In this document: in pieces, positions 24,979-36,525 of the stretch
Numbering within the stretch: the first letter of the stretch is position 1
Layout of the letters: the number at the start of each line of letters is the position of its first letter
DNA from: Macrostomum lignano
Taxonomy: Eukaryota
Length of the DNA stretch: 64,000 nt
Assembly (NCBI GenBank): GCA_002269645.1
Contig: NIVC01001665.1
Span: forward strand, 186,001-250,000
Direction of reading: 5' to 3'
Notes under the pieces: generated by a model
What the model was told of the DNA's origin: nothing
The model's database searches: none
The model's input: the letters and a program-made list of their open reading frames with translations, nothing else
Position numbers and translations under genes: made by a program

Positions 24979-25422
24979 TATATAGCTATATACAGTGGTC
25001 CTTGCTTTATTTGCGTTCCTTCAAAGCTCATCGTTGTTTTTTATTTTAAACGTTTGAAGCTAATGTAAGTAGCTAATAGACTTGTAAAATGAACCTGCAT
25101 GAAGTGTAGGTTTCAAGTCTGACTGACACTGGCGGTGTCAGTGTTACTGAAGTGTACAGTCAGTTTTAATTAAGTTTAGGTACAAACATACATGTAATTT
25201 TTTATTCTATAAAAAAGCATTATCCAACCTAGTTTATCTATTTAGTAAATTTTTTGTCTATACATGTAGTCAGAGACTATTTAACTATGTAATGGTGCAG
25301 ATTTTTGTGAGAAACATCATTCATAACCATGTTGTATGCGGATGTACTATCGTAGTTGTATAATGCTAAATACGTGTCGTGTAAGTTACTCGTAGACGCG
25401 AAAGAAATACCAACAAACTTCT

Positions 25423-25922
25423 GCTATCTGGGGTTGCTTGCTATCTGGGGTTGCTTGCTATCTGGGGTTGCTTGCTATCTGGGGTTGCTTGCTATCTGGG
25501 GTTGCTTGCTATCTGGGGTTGCTTGCTATCTGGGGTTGCTTGCTATCTGGGGTTGCTTGCTATCTGGGGTTGCTTGCTATCTGGGGTTGCTTGCTATCTG
25601 GGGTTGCTTGCTATCTGGGGTTGCTTGCTATCTGGGGTTGCTTGCTATCTGGGGGATGCTTTCTATTCAGGGGAATGCCTGCTATCTGGGGGATGCTTTC
25701 TATTCAGGGGAATGCCTGCTATCTGGGGGATGCTTTCTATTCAGGGGAATGCCTGCTATCTGGGGGATGCTTTATATTCAGGGGGAATGCCTGCTATCTG
25801 GGGGATGCTTTATATTCAGGGGGAATGCCTGCTATCTGGGGGATGCTTTATATTCAGGGGGAATGCCTGCTATCTGGGGGATGTCTTTTACCTTGAAGTA
25901 TTCAGGCGGAATGCCTGCTATC
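25423..25922. repeat. Compound minisatellite: 17-bp GCTATCTGGGGTTGCTT units, then 37-38-bp derived units
   Basis: Periods read at 25441/25458 and 25681/25718. Confidence 0.93.
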
Positions 25923-26479
25923 TTTAGTGAAGGTTTTTTGGCTTTATTTTCTTCTTTGTTACTTTTGGCAAAAAGAGATTCATAGCCAACATCTTTGTCC
26001 ATGACAATTTTACTCGAATAAGGTGATTTATAAAACTGAAGAAGGAATTGGTTCTTAAAAACATGTGCTTTTTTAATGGATTTGCATGAATAATTTTTGC
26101 TCCCTGCTTATTGGCCGAAAGGGGGCACTATAGATTGCTAACTTCTAAACACAGGTATAATCAGTACAGTCAAACTTGCGATCCAAGGCAATCCGGAGCA
26201 GCATTCAGCTGCAGCTACGCGCACTCGTGTTTGGCCATTATTTCAGCCCCTTACCTACTACGCTACGCGCACTCGTGTTTGGCCATTATTTCAGCCCCTT
26301 ACCTACTACGCAATCTACCATTGTCTATAAGACACAGCCTGGCCATTATTTCAGCGTGCCGGAAGCGGTCATTATTTCAGGGTAAGAGTCTGCGTGCGTG
26401 CGACTGCGTAAAGAGGGCGGTGGTTGGGCCATAGACTATAAATGAAAAAGCTGTTGGGCCATAGACTATAAATGAATAA

Positions 26480-27248
26480 GCTGATGATAGGCTTGAGCTG
26501 ACGAGAAGTAGAGATAGTCGAGATCGAGGATTAACAGAGCTGTCTTTTCTTTTTTCGGCTATGGCGCTTATCAACACGAGGGACAACAGCTTTTTCCCTA
26601 AACCATTAGCCAACGATTATTCAACGGGTGGCATTCGCTTCTCAGACAAGATGGTTCGAGGATTTAATTGGATGGCTGGCTTCATGCAGAAATTAAGCCA
26701 AACATGTGCTCTATCCCGTGTCTACTCAAACCACTGCATTCGGGTCACCAGGATATCAGATCTCCGTGATGCTGGACATGACATGAGCGACATAATGTGT
26801 ATCACAGGCCAGAAAAGCGAACGAACTGTCCGTAGGTACTTGTCACATAAACGGGACCGAGCCGTGCGTGCAGCCTCGACAGCAATAAGCAGTGCTCTGA
26901 AGAGAGCACCTGAGCAGCATGAGACACTGGCAAATAAGCAGTGTTGTCACAACTAGCAGTGCAACCTCCTATGCTTCAGTGGACGTGAGACAGGAGACGC
27001 GGATGAAGCATGGTAAGTACATGTACATTAAGTTGTAAGTAAATTAGCGGCTATACTATTGGTTATATAGAAACTGTGAATTTTTTACAATACCCATTAA
27101 TCTGCAGGTCGGATGGATTCGGAAAGTGCAGTTCGGTTTTTCGAGAATTGCCACTTCAAGGATTGCACATTTAATTTTTAATGAGCAACTTCTGATGAAC
27201 AGACTACGACTACTATGTTGTTTTTGTGTTAGGCGCGTTTTCTGCTAA
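26480..27248 (+). mobile_element. Crypton-like (DUF3504/KCTD1-type) tyrosine recombinase, C-terminal half, with one intron and one frameshift
   Basis: ORF 26561-26956 reads FFPKP...GFNWMAGFMQKLS...YSNHCIRVTRISDLRDAG...IMCITGQKSERTVRRY, giving HxxR and the terminal catalytic Tyr of YRs. GT-AG intron 27013-27107 is followed by FENCHFKDCTFNF, which resembles the recalled C-terminal motif of this family. An extra base near 26930 shifts the frame. Confidence 0.75.
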
Positions 27249-27446
27249 ATAGTTTTGTGGCTAAATAGTTTTGACTATCATTTTTCTTCTCACTAATATT
27301 ACTATTGTTATGATTATCATTACTGTGAACATTATTCCCTTATGCCAGTTAATATATGAATACTTTAACTAATCGTCTATGGTTCAAACGTCTGTTAAAG
27401 CTGAAATAATGGCCAGTTGAGTTTGTCATTACGCCAGGCTGTGTCT

Positions 27447-29960
27447 TCTGGACAATTCGGTCTTTGGTGATCATAGACTTTGCTAGGCCTTGCTCTCCCA
27501 CGGTGTGGTCAGGCGGGCCCTGCTGAGTCGGAGATTTAGGGAAGAAACTATTGAGCATGAGCTCTAGAGTCTCTTCAGAGCTCTCTGTGACCGAGCCATC
27601 AGGTCTCTTCACAACAGAGAGTTTAGAAAAACAGTCGTTCGTGAGTGCCTTTATCACGTGGGCTACGGGGTGAGAGCCCTCAAGCCCTTCGCAATATTGG
27701 CGCCACTTGGCCGTCTTGGCCCTTCTGACTTGGCCCTTAAACTCGTGGATCGCACGGGTATAGGCCTCTCTATCAGATGGGTCTTTGGTTTTGAGCGCTC
27801 GCCTTTGGAGGGTCCTGGCTCGGCGCCGAAGGGCGCCGAGCTCTGGATTCCACCAGGGAGCAGATTTCTTGCCTTTGTAGGCCTTTAGAGGGCAGGCTGC
27901 TTCAAAGGCAGTGGTGATCGCCCCGCCCAAGGAGGAGGCGAGATCATCCACAACCCGGCAGTCCGAGAGGTCACTGGGGAGGTCAAGATCCCGAAGGCCG
28001 TGGCTCAGCTTCGAGCCAAAGACGGCCCAATCGGTATTCCTGACGTTCCGACTCCAAGTGACCTTAGGCTTTTGCTTGGTCGGACGAGAGCGAGTCCTCG
28101 TCCCACACTTGCCAGCCCGTAACTGTGGACAGAAGTCCGGGTGAGGCGATGGTGGTGTCGATGACTTCGGCCCACCGCCCATTATTGAACGTTGGTGCAT
28201 TGCCCACGTTACAGAAATTGAGGTTTGTGCTGCTGACATAGGCCAGCAGCTCCTCGCCTCTGTTGTTGGTGTTCTTGCTGCCCCAATGCAGGTGGTGCGC
28301 GTTCACATCCCCTGCAATGAGCAGCTCGAACTGGCGGGACGCGGCGTAGTCAATAAGGTTGGCTAGCGCGTCGCAGACTACTGGGGCATCGCCTGGGAAA
28401 TAGGGAGATGCTGCCAGAACAGGTTTATTGGGAATGAGGTTATTGATTTGAACAACACAGATGTCCCCGGTGTTAGGCTTTCTGTTCTCCGGGGTCTTAA
28501 TTTATCCGGGGGACATCGCAAAGCAAAATTATTGTCGCTTTGCGATAACCTACCCTGGATAATCCAAGGCACAACAAAATCGGGCTTTGAAATATCCTGG
28601 GTCCTCTGTCTCCGCAGACTGACCCCTCTCTTTCAACCTACAGTCGGATGTCCCAAGACAACTTCCCCTTCTTGTGATCTCCGGGCCGGATAGCAGAGTC
28701 AGTGCCGTAGGATGTCCGGGAGAGACATCCCAAAGTGCCCGGACAATGCAAAGCAGCTCAAGATATCCGGGAAGGAGAAAACAAAGCAGGTTTTTTGCTT
28801 GGCAGTATCCGGGCGGATATCGTAAGTGCGTTCGGATATCCGGGCCAGACAAAAAAACCTCGGATAGTCTAAAGTGTAACACCGGTCGAGAGATCAGGTC
28901 TCATCCATGCCTCAAAAGTTTTAGCAACAAAGACCAGAGATCTTGGGCGAGGCTGAGAGTCCGCCATGCAAAAGCAGTGGTAGCCAGATGGCACATTATT
29001 TGGCTTACCTTTATTCATCCAGGGCTCTTGCACGAAGACCAGGCCTGGAAGCTGTTTCTCTGTCGTGCGCATCAGGTTGACTGACGCCGCCACGCAGTGA
29101 TGGGTGTTGATCTGCAGACACCAGGTAGCCGCTGGCATCAGTGCAGATCGGGTGTTGCAGCCGCCAGGAGTTCCTCCTCCTCCTCGGCGCTCACCAGCTT
29201 CGGGTCGGGGTCACCGGTGTCCATGGGCTCCTCGTCAGCAAAAGGCCCCCGATTGGTCGGAAGGCAATAGGCAGCGTTTGCCGCCCTTCGCCCACAGGCC
29301 ATGGGGTTCTCCGCTTCAGACTGGCCCAATGCCCTGGAGCTGCCAGCCGCCTGGGCAGGCGGGTCCGTCTCCAGTCGGCCCTGCCCCAAGGGGTTGGGCC
29401 CAGCTGGGACGTCCCCACCCTCCCTGGACGAACCGGTGCGCCTGGGCGTCCCGGCGACCTCTCGCCTCAGCTGGGTGATTTTGGCGGTGCGGACGGCCTC
29501 AGCTGCTCGCTGGTACAGGCCGCGCCGCCTGGTGCTGCGCGCCGGGCGTCAGTCGCCTCCGCCCTCAGCAGCGCGCTCAGCTTTGCCCGCGCGGCCGTGC
29601 TGCCAGGCGGGGCGGTTTGCTTTGGCAGCCTTGACAGAAGCTCCCGCTTCGGCCCCAGCCGCCTCCGCATCCCGCCCGCCCTGCTCACCGCCACCGGGAG
29701 GGTCAGCCTCTGACCCTTTTCAATCTCTCTGCATCGCAGCTCTTCGCTTTGTCTACCGGCTTCTCAAGTCTTCGCTTCAAGTCTCAACTCGGGTTGTCGG
29801 CCTCGTCTCCGGAGTCGGTGTCAGCAGTTTACCTCGACGGTGTCTCTCACTCGATTTCTCCACTCGATTTCCATCATTTTCACTAGTCCATCTCCAGTCT
29901 CATTCGTTATCTTTATCAACTCATCGATTCTCATTTTATTCCCGCATTCAGCTTTGTCAT
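27447..29960 (-). mobile_element. Non-LTR retrotransposon 5' half (ORF1 fragments + APE endonuclease + linker; RT missing), probably I-group/LOA-like
   Basis: ORF2 from 29138 reads LQINTHHC...QEPW...GDVNAHHLHWGS..TNNRGEEL...PTF...IDTT...SD, then the PWWNPEL linker typical of APE LINEs. It is truncated at ~27447. Clade assignment is inference. Confidence 0.88.
28471..28881. mobile_element. 411-bp solo LTR inserted in the LINE endonuclease
   Basis: Termini TGTTA...TAACA with a 4-bp TSD CCGG (28467-28470, 28882-28885). Removing it restores the frame ...PDLSTG|DICVVQIN... Confidence 0.85.
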
Positions 29961-30424
29961 GGTCAAGCTATGTGGTCTATCCTAAAAAAGTAATTTTCAG
30001 GATGTTTAAACAATCATAAAATAAAAGAAATCATATTTGAAAGTTGCTCATCTTAGTACGCTTCACAATCCATTGGTCGCACCTGTTTGGGCGACTGCGC
30101 AAATTTATTGAAATTCTTTGTGAAAATGAAAGCAAATTGTTCAGCATTGTACATATTGAAATATTTTTATCATGTTATTGTCCGCTGTATATTAATAAAC
30201 ATACCAAAAGCAACTATTTAAGTAACATAGTGTATGCATGATTTTATATTGAAATGCAAAAAAAAATATTGAAAAAAAAATCTGCCTCGTATTTTTCTTT
30301 AGATGTCTTCCTATAGTAGAGCAGCAATGATAGAAAGTTTATATTGCCTCGTATAGTGTTTCTGCGCCACATCGTACAGCTGACTGCTGCTAATTGGGTG
30401 CTCATTTCACACAGACCACACTGG

Positions 30425-30930
30425 TCATACTTACTTTATACTTACTACTGACGGGTCGCAACCCCAAGGTAAAAGCGACCAAGGATTATTCCTGGGGGTG
30501 CGCCCAGCCCCCGCCAAGTAGTCGGCAGGTTCGCAGTGGAGGCATCGGCGACCCTCATCCAGCCGGTAATCCCGGACGAAGGCGCGAAGGTCACGGATGT
30601 TGTCCGGGATAGTCAGCTCATCCATCCACTGGGGGTGGCTGAGAGGGATTGGACACTGCGGTGGCATTGGGATACTATAGCAGCTTTTCTCGGTGGTTAA
30701 GGCCTTGATAGCGGCTTGGCTATCAGTGTAAAAGTGAATATTGAAATTTTTTACTGTTCGCCTGGAGCAGGTGCTGGGCGCACTGCTCAATGGCGCAAAT
30801 TTCGGCTTGGAAAACAGAGGTGTTCTCACCGAGGTGCAGACTTTCCTGGAAGAAGATCTTACCCTCGTGAAAGATGGCGATACACGCACCAGCGCGGCCG
30901 TTAAACAGCGCTGGACGATGCAAACCAGGT
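30425..30930 (-). mobile_element. 3' fragment of a non-LTR retrotransposon: RNase H remnant and probable 3' UTR
   Basis: GRAGACIA...[17 protein letters not shown] and (after a frameshift) [14 protein letters not shown] are RNase H motifs of I-group LINEs. Confidence 0.8.
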
Positions 30931-32044
30931 CGGAGGCCGCCGCAGGCGCAGTCGGTCTTGATGTGGGCAGACAGCTAGTCTGCTGAGTCAGATTTAACTT
31001 CTAACTCGGACTCCGACTGGCATCCGCCCCAGGGTTTTTTAATTGAAGCACCAGGTGCCAGGAAAAGGTCTCGAGAAGACAGTGACATTGACAGTGAATG
31101 ATAATGATAGAATGATCGAATTGCAGCCGTTTGTTGTCATCTTTTTTCTTTATTAACTGGTATTTCCAAGGCTGTCAGAAGATTATCATTGACTGATTCT
31201 AAATGAGTCAGCGGTATGAAAGTATACAGCTGCTGTAAAACTACAGCACAGTACTAGAAGAGCAACGAGAATGAGCCACACAAACTAAAAGTCAGCTAAA
31301 GCATTCTCATTGTGACACCTATTGGCCAAAAATTATCTAGCTCCATCTATACTCTATGTGAAGAGTTAGAAATCAACCTTTGAAATCGGCCTCCAAAAGT
31401 TTTTCCACGAATCACGAGTGTATAGCGCCCTGATACATGCTCCTAATCCTTGTTTTCTGAATGTTTTTGTTAATTCACTCATATTTTAGATGCGATAATA
31501 AGAAAAATATTATTTAGCATTTTTATTTGAGGAGTAACTGCATGCTTAACTCCAGACCAGCACACAGTTTTTGTATTTTTCCAAGAAATATTTAAGCACT
31601 TGCTTTTTTGGCGGGTTCCTTAAAATTAGAAAAGGACTGGTAACGGAAGTACCAGAAGTTACTTTTCCTAAAACTCATTTCGAAAAAATCGAGTGTATTG
31701 CGTCATATTTTAGCCGTCCATGGCTCGGTAATAACCATCACGCGGAACCGAGCCACTTAAGTGAAAGAAAAATGAAAACTGTATTAATGTATTAATATAC
31801 GAGTACATTAATTATAACCAAGTAAAGTACTGTATGAAATTATGATGGGTTTCGACCTTCCGGCCCCCTTGTGGGGAAGCCTAGGGCCTCAGGTCTCAGA
31901 AATAAATCAATTAGAGTCCTGACCCCCCACTCCTGTCAGATGGTCAGCCCCATGGTAGCTTGATCGTGTGGCGAGCAGTCTAGGTCCTATAGCTAAGAGA
32001 GGGACAGCGAGAGACAAGCAGGGAGAATTTTGAAGGTAGAGATT

Positions 32045-33243
32045 AGTTAACCCGCAGGTTAGCTAACTCGCTGCCACCAGCCCGTACGTCCTGGCTCACC
32101 ACACCGGGACTCTCGAAATCGGGCTTCCGACTAGAAGGGGCTTTGCACTTACCTGCCAACTAGATCGCATTGGCCATGCAGGTACAGAGGGGACTTGTGC
32201 AGGGGATTCTTGCAGTGGCGAGACTATGGGGTAGCTACATGTACTATTACATTGCTAAATACGAGGAATTGTACTTTTGGCCTTCAACGCGCCAACTAGC
32301 CACTCGTAGCGCTGATGATAGACTAACTCGAACTTCAGAGACCGCCTGATTCATTACCCGAGCCGCTTGGCTAACCTAGAGTGCACAAAGTACATCTCTG
32401 GCGCCGATTTTGCACTATTGGCAATTTTGCTCACTGATTTGATAGATTGATCGACTGAGAACTGCCTTGCCATTGGTCCACTGTGACCGGCGCCTAACTA
32501 GCTTAGCTATTCATCTGAGCCATCGGCGAACAAGGAAATAAAACCGATAAAAATAACTGTCAGATTTAACCTTCTCCTTAGATCACTTCACTCTTCAGAT
32601 CGAATTGGAGTTTCAGACTACTAGCAGTATTATTGAATGATTTCTGCCTCAGTAACAGCACTACTGAACAAAATGAGCAAAAGTGTGCGCCTAATTCAGC
32701 TACTGAAACAGGGGACATATAGGGAATCACCCAATCAAGCAAGTCTAGGTAGCCTCTCACCCAACCAATCAGAAACTCAACAGCCGGAGACCAGGTAATC
32801 CACAGTGACCGAATCGGCTTGATGCTCTGTAGCTGCAGACTCGGGATGATGCTGACACAATCTTCGCTGATAGCTAGCAGGTGATGATCTTCGCTTGATG
32901 TTCGCTGCTGACGACCGGGGGATTCGTCCTTGATGATGATGGGGGGAAGTCGCAATCCGGGGATCAAGAAACGACGGTCGCGCTCCGGGAACCAGAAGTT
33001 GCGTGCTGGACCCGAGCACAAGTTAGTCCGAGCGGGCCAAAAACTCCGGTTTAAATAGCCGCCAACTGGACCGCAGTTTGTTATAATGGAACACGTCGAT
33101 TCTGATTGGCTGAGCCGTTTTGTTAAAATGAGCGCCGAATTTTCTGATTGGCTAAGCTTGTTGCTACCCAGAATCACGTGACCGAGAGATCCTATCAGTT
33201 CCCACAGGGTCGTAAAAAGATGACAGGTGCGGCCATAAATCAC
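32045..33243 (-). repeat. Unclassified non-coding dispersed repeat X, copy 1 (copy 2 at 38091-39559)
   Basis: Colinear similarity between the two copies along their length, e.g. CCGACTAGAAGGGGCTTTGCACTTACCTGCCAACTAG in both. No conserved ORF. Confidence 0.85.
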
Positions 33244-33521
33244 TCAAAATCGCGACAAAATGATTTATGACTTTTCGCGTAGGATTGACAGAAATAAATG
33301 AAAAAATATACATTAGAAAGCTCTTATTAAATAGAAAGTGAAGATAATGAAGAGAAATCGCTAATCGCTAATCCCAAAGTACTTTTAGGGGTAAAACGCA
33401 TAGCTGTCAAAGCTGTCACACGCTTGAGTGAACCCGAACAATAGGCTCTGACCTCATAAACCATGGCCTGTCAAAAATGATGAGAAAAAAGCTACTATTC
33501 GCATCCCCTCAGACCATCTGG

Positions 33522-34428
33522 CGCCAGCCTCAACACTGAGTGAGGCGCAGGTGGCTGTCAGACCAGCTTCGAAAGCGATGATTTATGACCCAAAAAGCTG
33601 CGCCTATGTTATTATGACTACTATAGTATGACCAAACCATATATCTAGTATAAATTCTATGTTACTTCGCAGAAAAAGAATGTTGTAGGGGTGTTTATTT
33701 ATAGTTTTAATCTCACTGTTTGTCACCAAATTTGTTGCAGGGGTCGGGGGTTACTGGGGATTTTCGGGAGTTTCTTAGGATTTGGGGAGGAAAATGCAAT
33801 TTCTACTACTAACAGGAGTAAGCCTTAGGTTGCTCCTGGTGGCGTGGTGTGTCCGAGCGGCAAGACACTATCTATATTAACTTAAACTAATCCGAGGGAG
33901 GGCTACGCGATGGATCGGAGTTGCCTGAGAAACGGGGCGCACTATAGGGGAATTTTAATAGCTAATAGGGAATGCTGACATGGAAAGGATGCGCTTTAAT
34001 AGGGAATTAGATAAGGGCAAGGCGCCTAATGGTTGCCTAATAGTTGAAAGCTAAATGGTTAGAGAATGCCTAATGGGATAGGGAGCCAGAGTAAATGATG
34101 TTAAGGGAAGGGTCTGTAGATAGGCAAAGGCCTGAGCAGACAGTGCGTCTGGATGGGGAGTTGGCAGATCGCCAGGTTAAATCAGAGATCTGGGGGGAAA
34201 GGGAGGCAACACGCCTGTCCAACTGATAAAGGAAAAGGGGGGTGCTAGAATTATTACTCTTCTAATTTAATCAAAATTAGATCGGCGAATACTGATTAAA
34301 TATTAATCAATATTTAATTTCGGGGAAATTAAATTTCCCCGTGAGACATTTCCCCGTAAATTTCCCCGTGAGTGAGAAATTTCCCCGGTAGACAGCCACC
34401 TGCGCCTCACCCAGTGTTGAGGCTGGCG
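33522..34428. mobile_element. MITE-like element bounded by 38-bp inverted repeats
   Basis: 33522-33559 is the reverse complement of 34391-34428 with 1 mismatch. No TSD recognised. Confidence 0.6.
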
Positions 34429-34433
34429 TATTA

Positions 34434-34618
34434 TTCAGCTATAAGCGTACAGCCTTTCTCCCTCTCCCCCAGTGAACTCTCCCGAATATAAATTAAATAT
34501 TCGGGGAATATTTAATTTCCCCGAAATTCCCCGAAATTAAAATTTCCCCGAATATTTAATTTCTATTCGGGAGAGTTCACTGGGGGAGAGGGAGAAAGGC
34601 TGTACGCTTATAGCTGAA
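34434..34618. repeat. 185-bp foldback element with perfect 55-bp arms
   Basis: 34434-34488 is the exact reverse complement of 34564-34618. The arms extend inward with a mismatch around TTCCCCGAA repeats. Confidence 0.9.
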
Positions 34619-35317
34619 CAAGACCTTTAGGGGACAGAGAATTCCTTTGAAGGAATGACACAGAGTCAGATCTATTTTTAGAACAACTGTTCATTTATGA
34701 CCAATTTGGCAAACGCCAGGCAGGAAAGGCCTGATACAGAAGTTGGCTCTCTTACCGATTTATTTGCTCGTATTTATACTATTTTTAGCGAAGATGGCGG
34801 ATCAATTTCAACAAATTTATACTATATGATAAGTATTATAAGCAGATCATGGCAAAATACATTACTAAGATAGCTTGAATAAACAAAAAGAAAAAGGATT
34901 GTCTAGCTAAAAAGAGAACCTATAATTTGAATAACGAGTTTAACGAGTACTGTAACTATATTTAAGGCAAGGCAACGATTACTGCTACATCAAGAATAAA
35001 AAATGCCCCTAGCCTACTGTTAGTAAGCAAGTAAGTTTAGAGCTCATGTGCTAGCGCGGGATTTAAAAAAAAAGGGCGTCCTAATTTTAGCCGTCCATGG
35101 CTCGCCAATAACAACTACGCGAAACCGAGCCACTGAAGTGAAAGAATAATGGAAACTGTCGATTACTATACATTAATTATAATCAAGTATAAAAAATTAC
35201 TGTATGAAATTAACAAATTTTAGTTGGTAGTAGGAAAAAATTTAATTCACCAGTTCACGAAAATCAGCTGTCGTATTAAAAGCTATAACTTTCGATTTCG
35301 CTCGATCAGCACGTCTC

Positions 35318-36525
35318 TCAGCTGCTGATGAAACCGTTCAGCCGCAAGAATGCGCAGATTTTATTAACACCGTGGATGCAATTGTCCGAAAGCAAACGGT
35401 ATTTAGAGCCGCAAATATAGAATAGTTGTCTTAGCGTCACTCCGAAACTGAACCAGCTGAACATGCTGGCCTTTAACTCGCGAATCAGTTCCCAGCCGTA
35501 CATATCGGATTTTTTTATTTTAACCAAGCGACACTCGCCCTTGCGATAGCACTCTCTGGACGTGCCGATTGCCTTATCGCTTTCTACCCCTGTGTAATTA
35601 TATTATGCGGCGTAGTCATGGGGTGAATGTTGCATGGGGGCAGTTGCCCCCCCCCCAAAAAAAAGAGGCTGGCAGAAATTATGGCACCCCCTTGCCCCGT
35701 TGCCCCCTTACTTGGCGCCCTCAATCACAACAGGTGCACAGCATCTCTGTTCCTGCCGTCATTTAGACTATATGTGCACAATATAGTTGGTAAGGAACTG
35801 TATGAATAAAACTAGTCTATTATCACGAACCCGAATCCTAAATCACTGACCTTTTTAAAAAAGAACGAGAAAAACTGTAACAATGACAGCCTCACCTTTC
35901 TCGATCAGGTAGAGCTCTCCACTCGTAGTCTTGGCTACCGCGGCTTGGTGCCCGGGCCCGAAGCCGCTTGAAAAGAGCGAACTACCGCCGGAGGCACTAT
36001 CAAGTGGCCGTTTGTAAACTTTTACAGACTCTACTTGAGCGTCAAGATCGACGTCTCTAGTTTGAGTCTGAATTGGCCATAAGCCTTGAATGGCTCGGCT
36101 TTGAATGTCATAGTCAACTGAATCAGATGATGCATCAGATTGAAACTTCCTCTGCCTGCTGATCCCCATGACTTCGTGGCCTCCTGAAACAGTTGTGAGG
36201 ATAAAAGTTTTGAAATATATCAGCACGCAGTTTCTGAAGGACAGAATTAAGATTATATCTAGCTAATTGGCTAACAAATTAGGGCCAACTCCGAAGGCAC
36301 AGAGTGAATATATTTACCGATTAGAGAAAGTCAAGGTCGCTATACAACTCTTTGCGGCTTTTACTGACTGGTTTAAACTGACCATATACAAAATAGCGAG
36401 TTTGCCAGCGAAGCCTTACCAAATCCGTTGGGTCGGAATTCACCAACAGCCTCAAACATTTGGCCTCTCATGGTGCCATTCGAACATTCGAGCGTCATTG
36501 CGCTACAATAGAAGCCACCGCTCAT
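35318..36525 (-). CDS. Uncharacterised ~220-aa protein, paralog A, putative permuted papain-like (LRAT/PPPDE-type) His/Cys enzyme. Exons 36420-36525, 35896-36183, 35318-35589
   Basis: ATG start, GT-AG introns in phases 1 and 1, open frame to TGA. Motifs VKVYKRPL...GHQAAVAKTTSGELYLIEKG and GSKYRLLSDNC. Exon structure is conserved in paralog B. Confidence 0.75.

Noticed and set aside
31843-31895. Possible hammerhead ribozyme on minus (CTGAGGC...CGAAAC)
   Set aside because: The core deviates from CUGANGA and I could not build stems I and III convincingly.
32578-33243. 221-aa ORF within repeat X
   Set aside because: The frame is not conserved in the second copy and spans promoter-like motifs; no recognisable domain.
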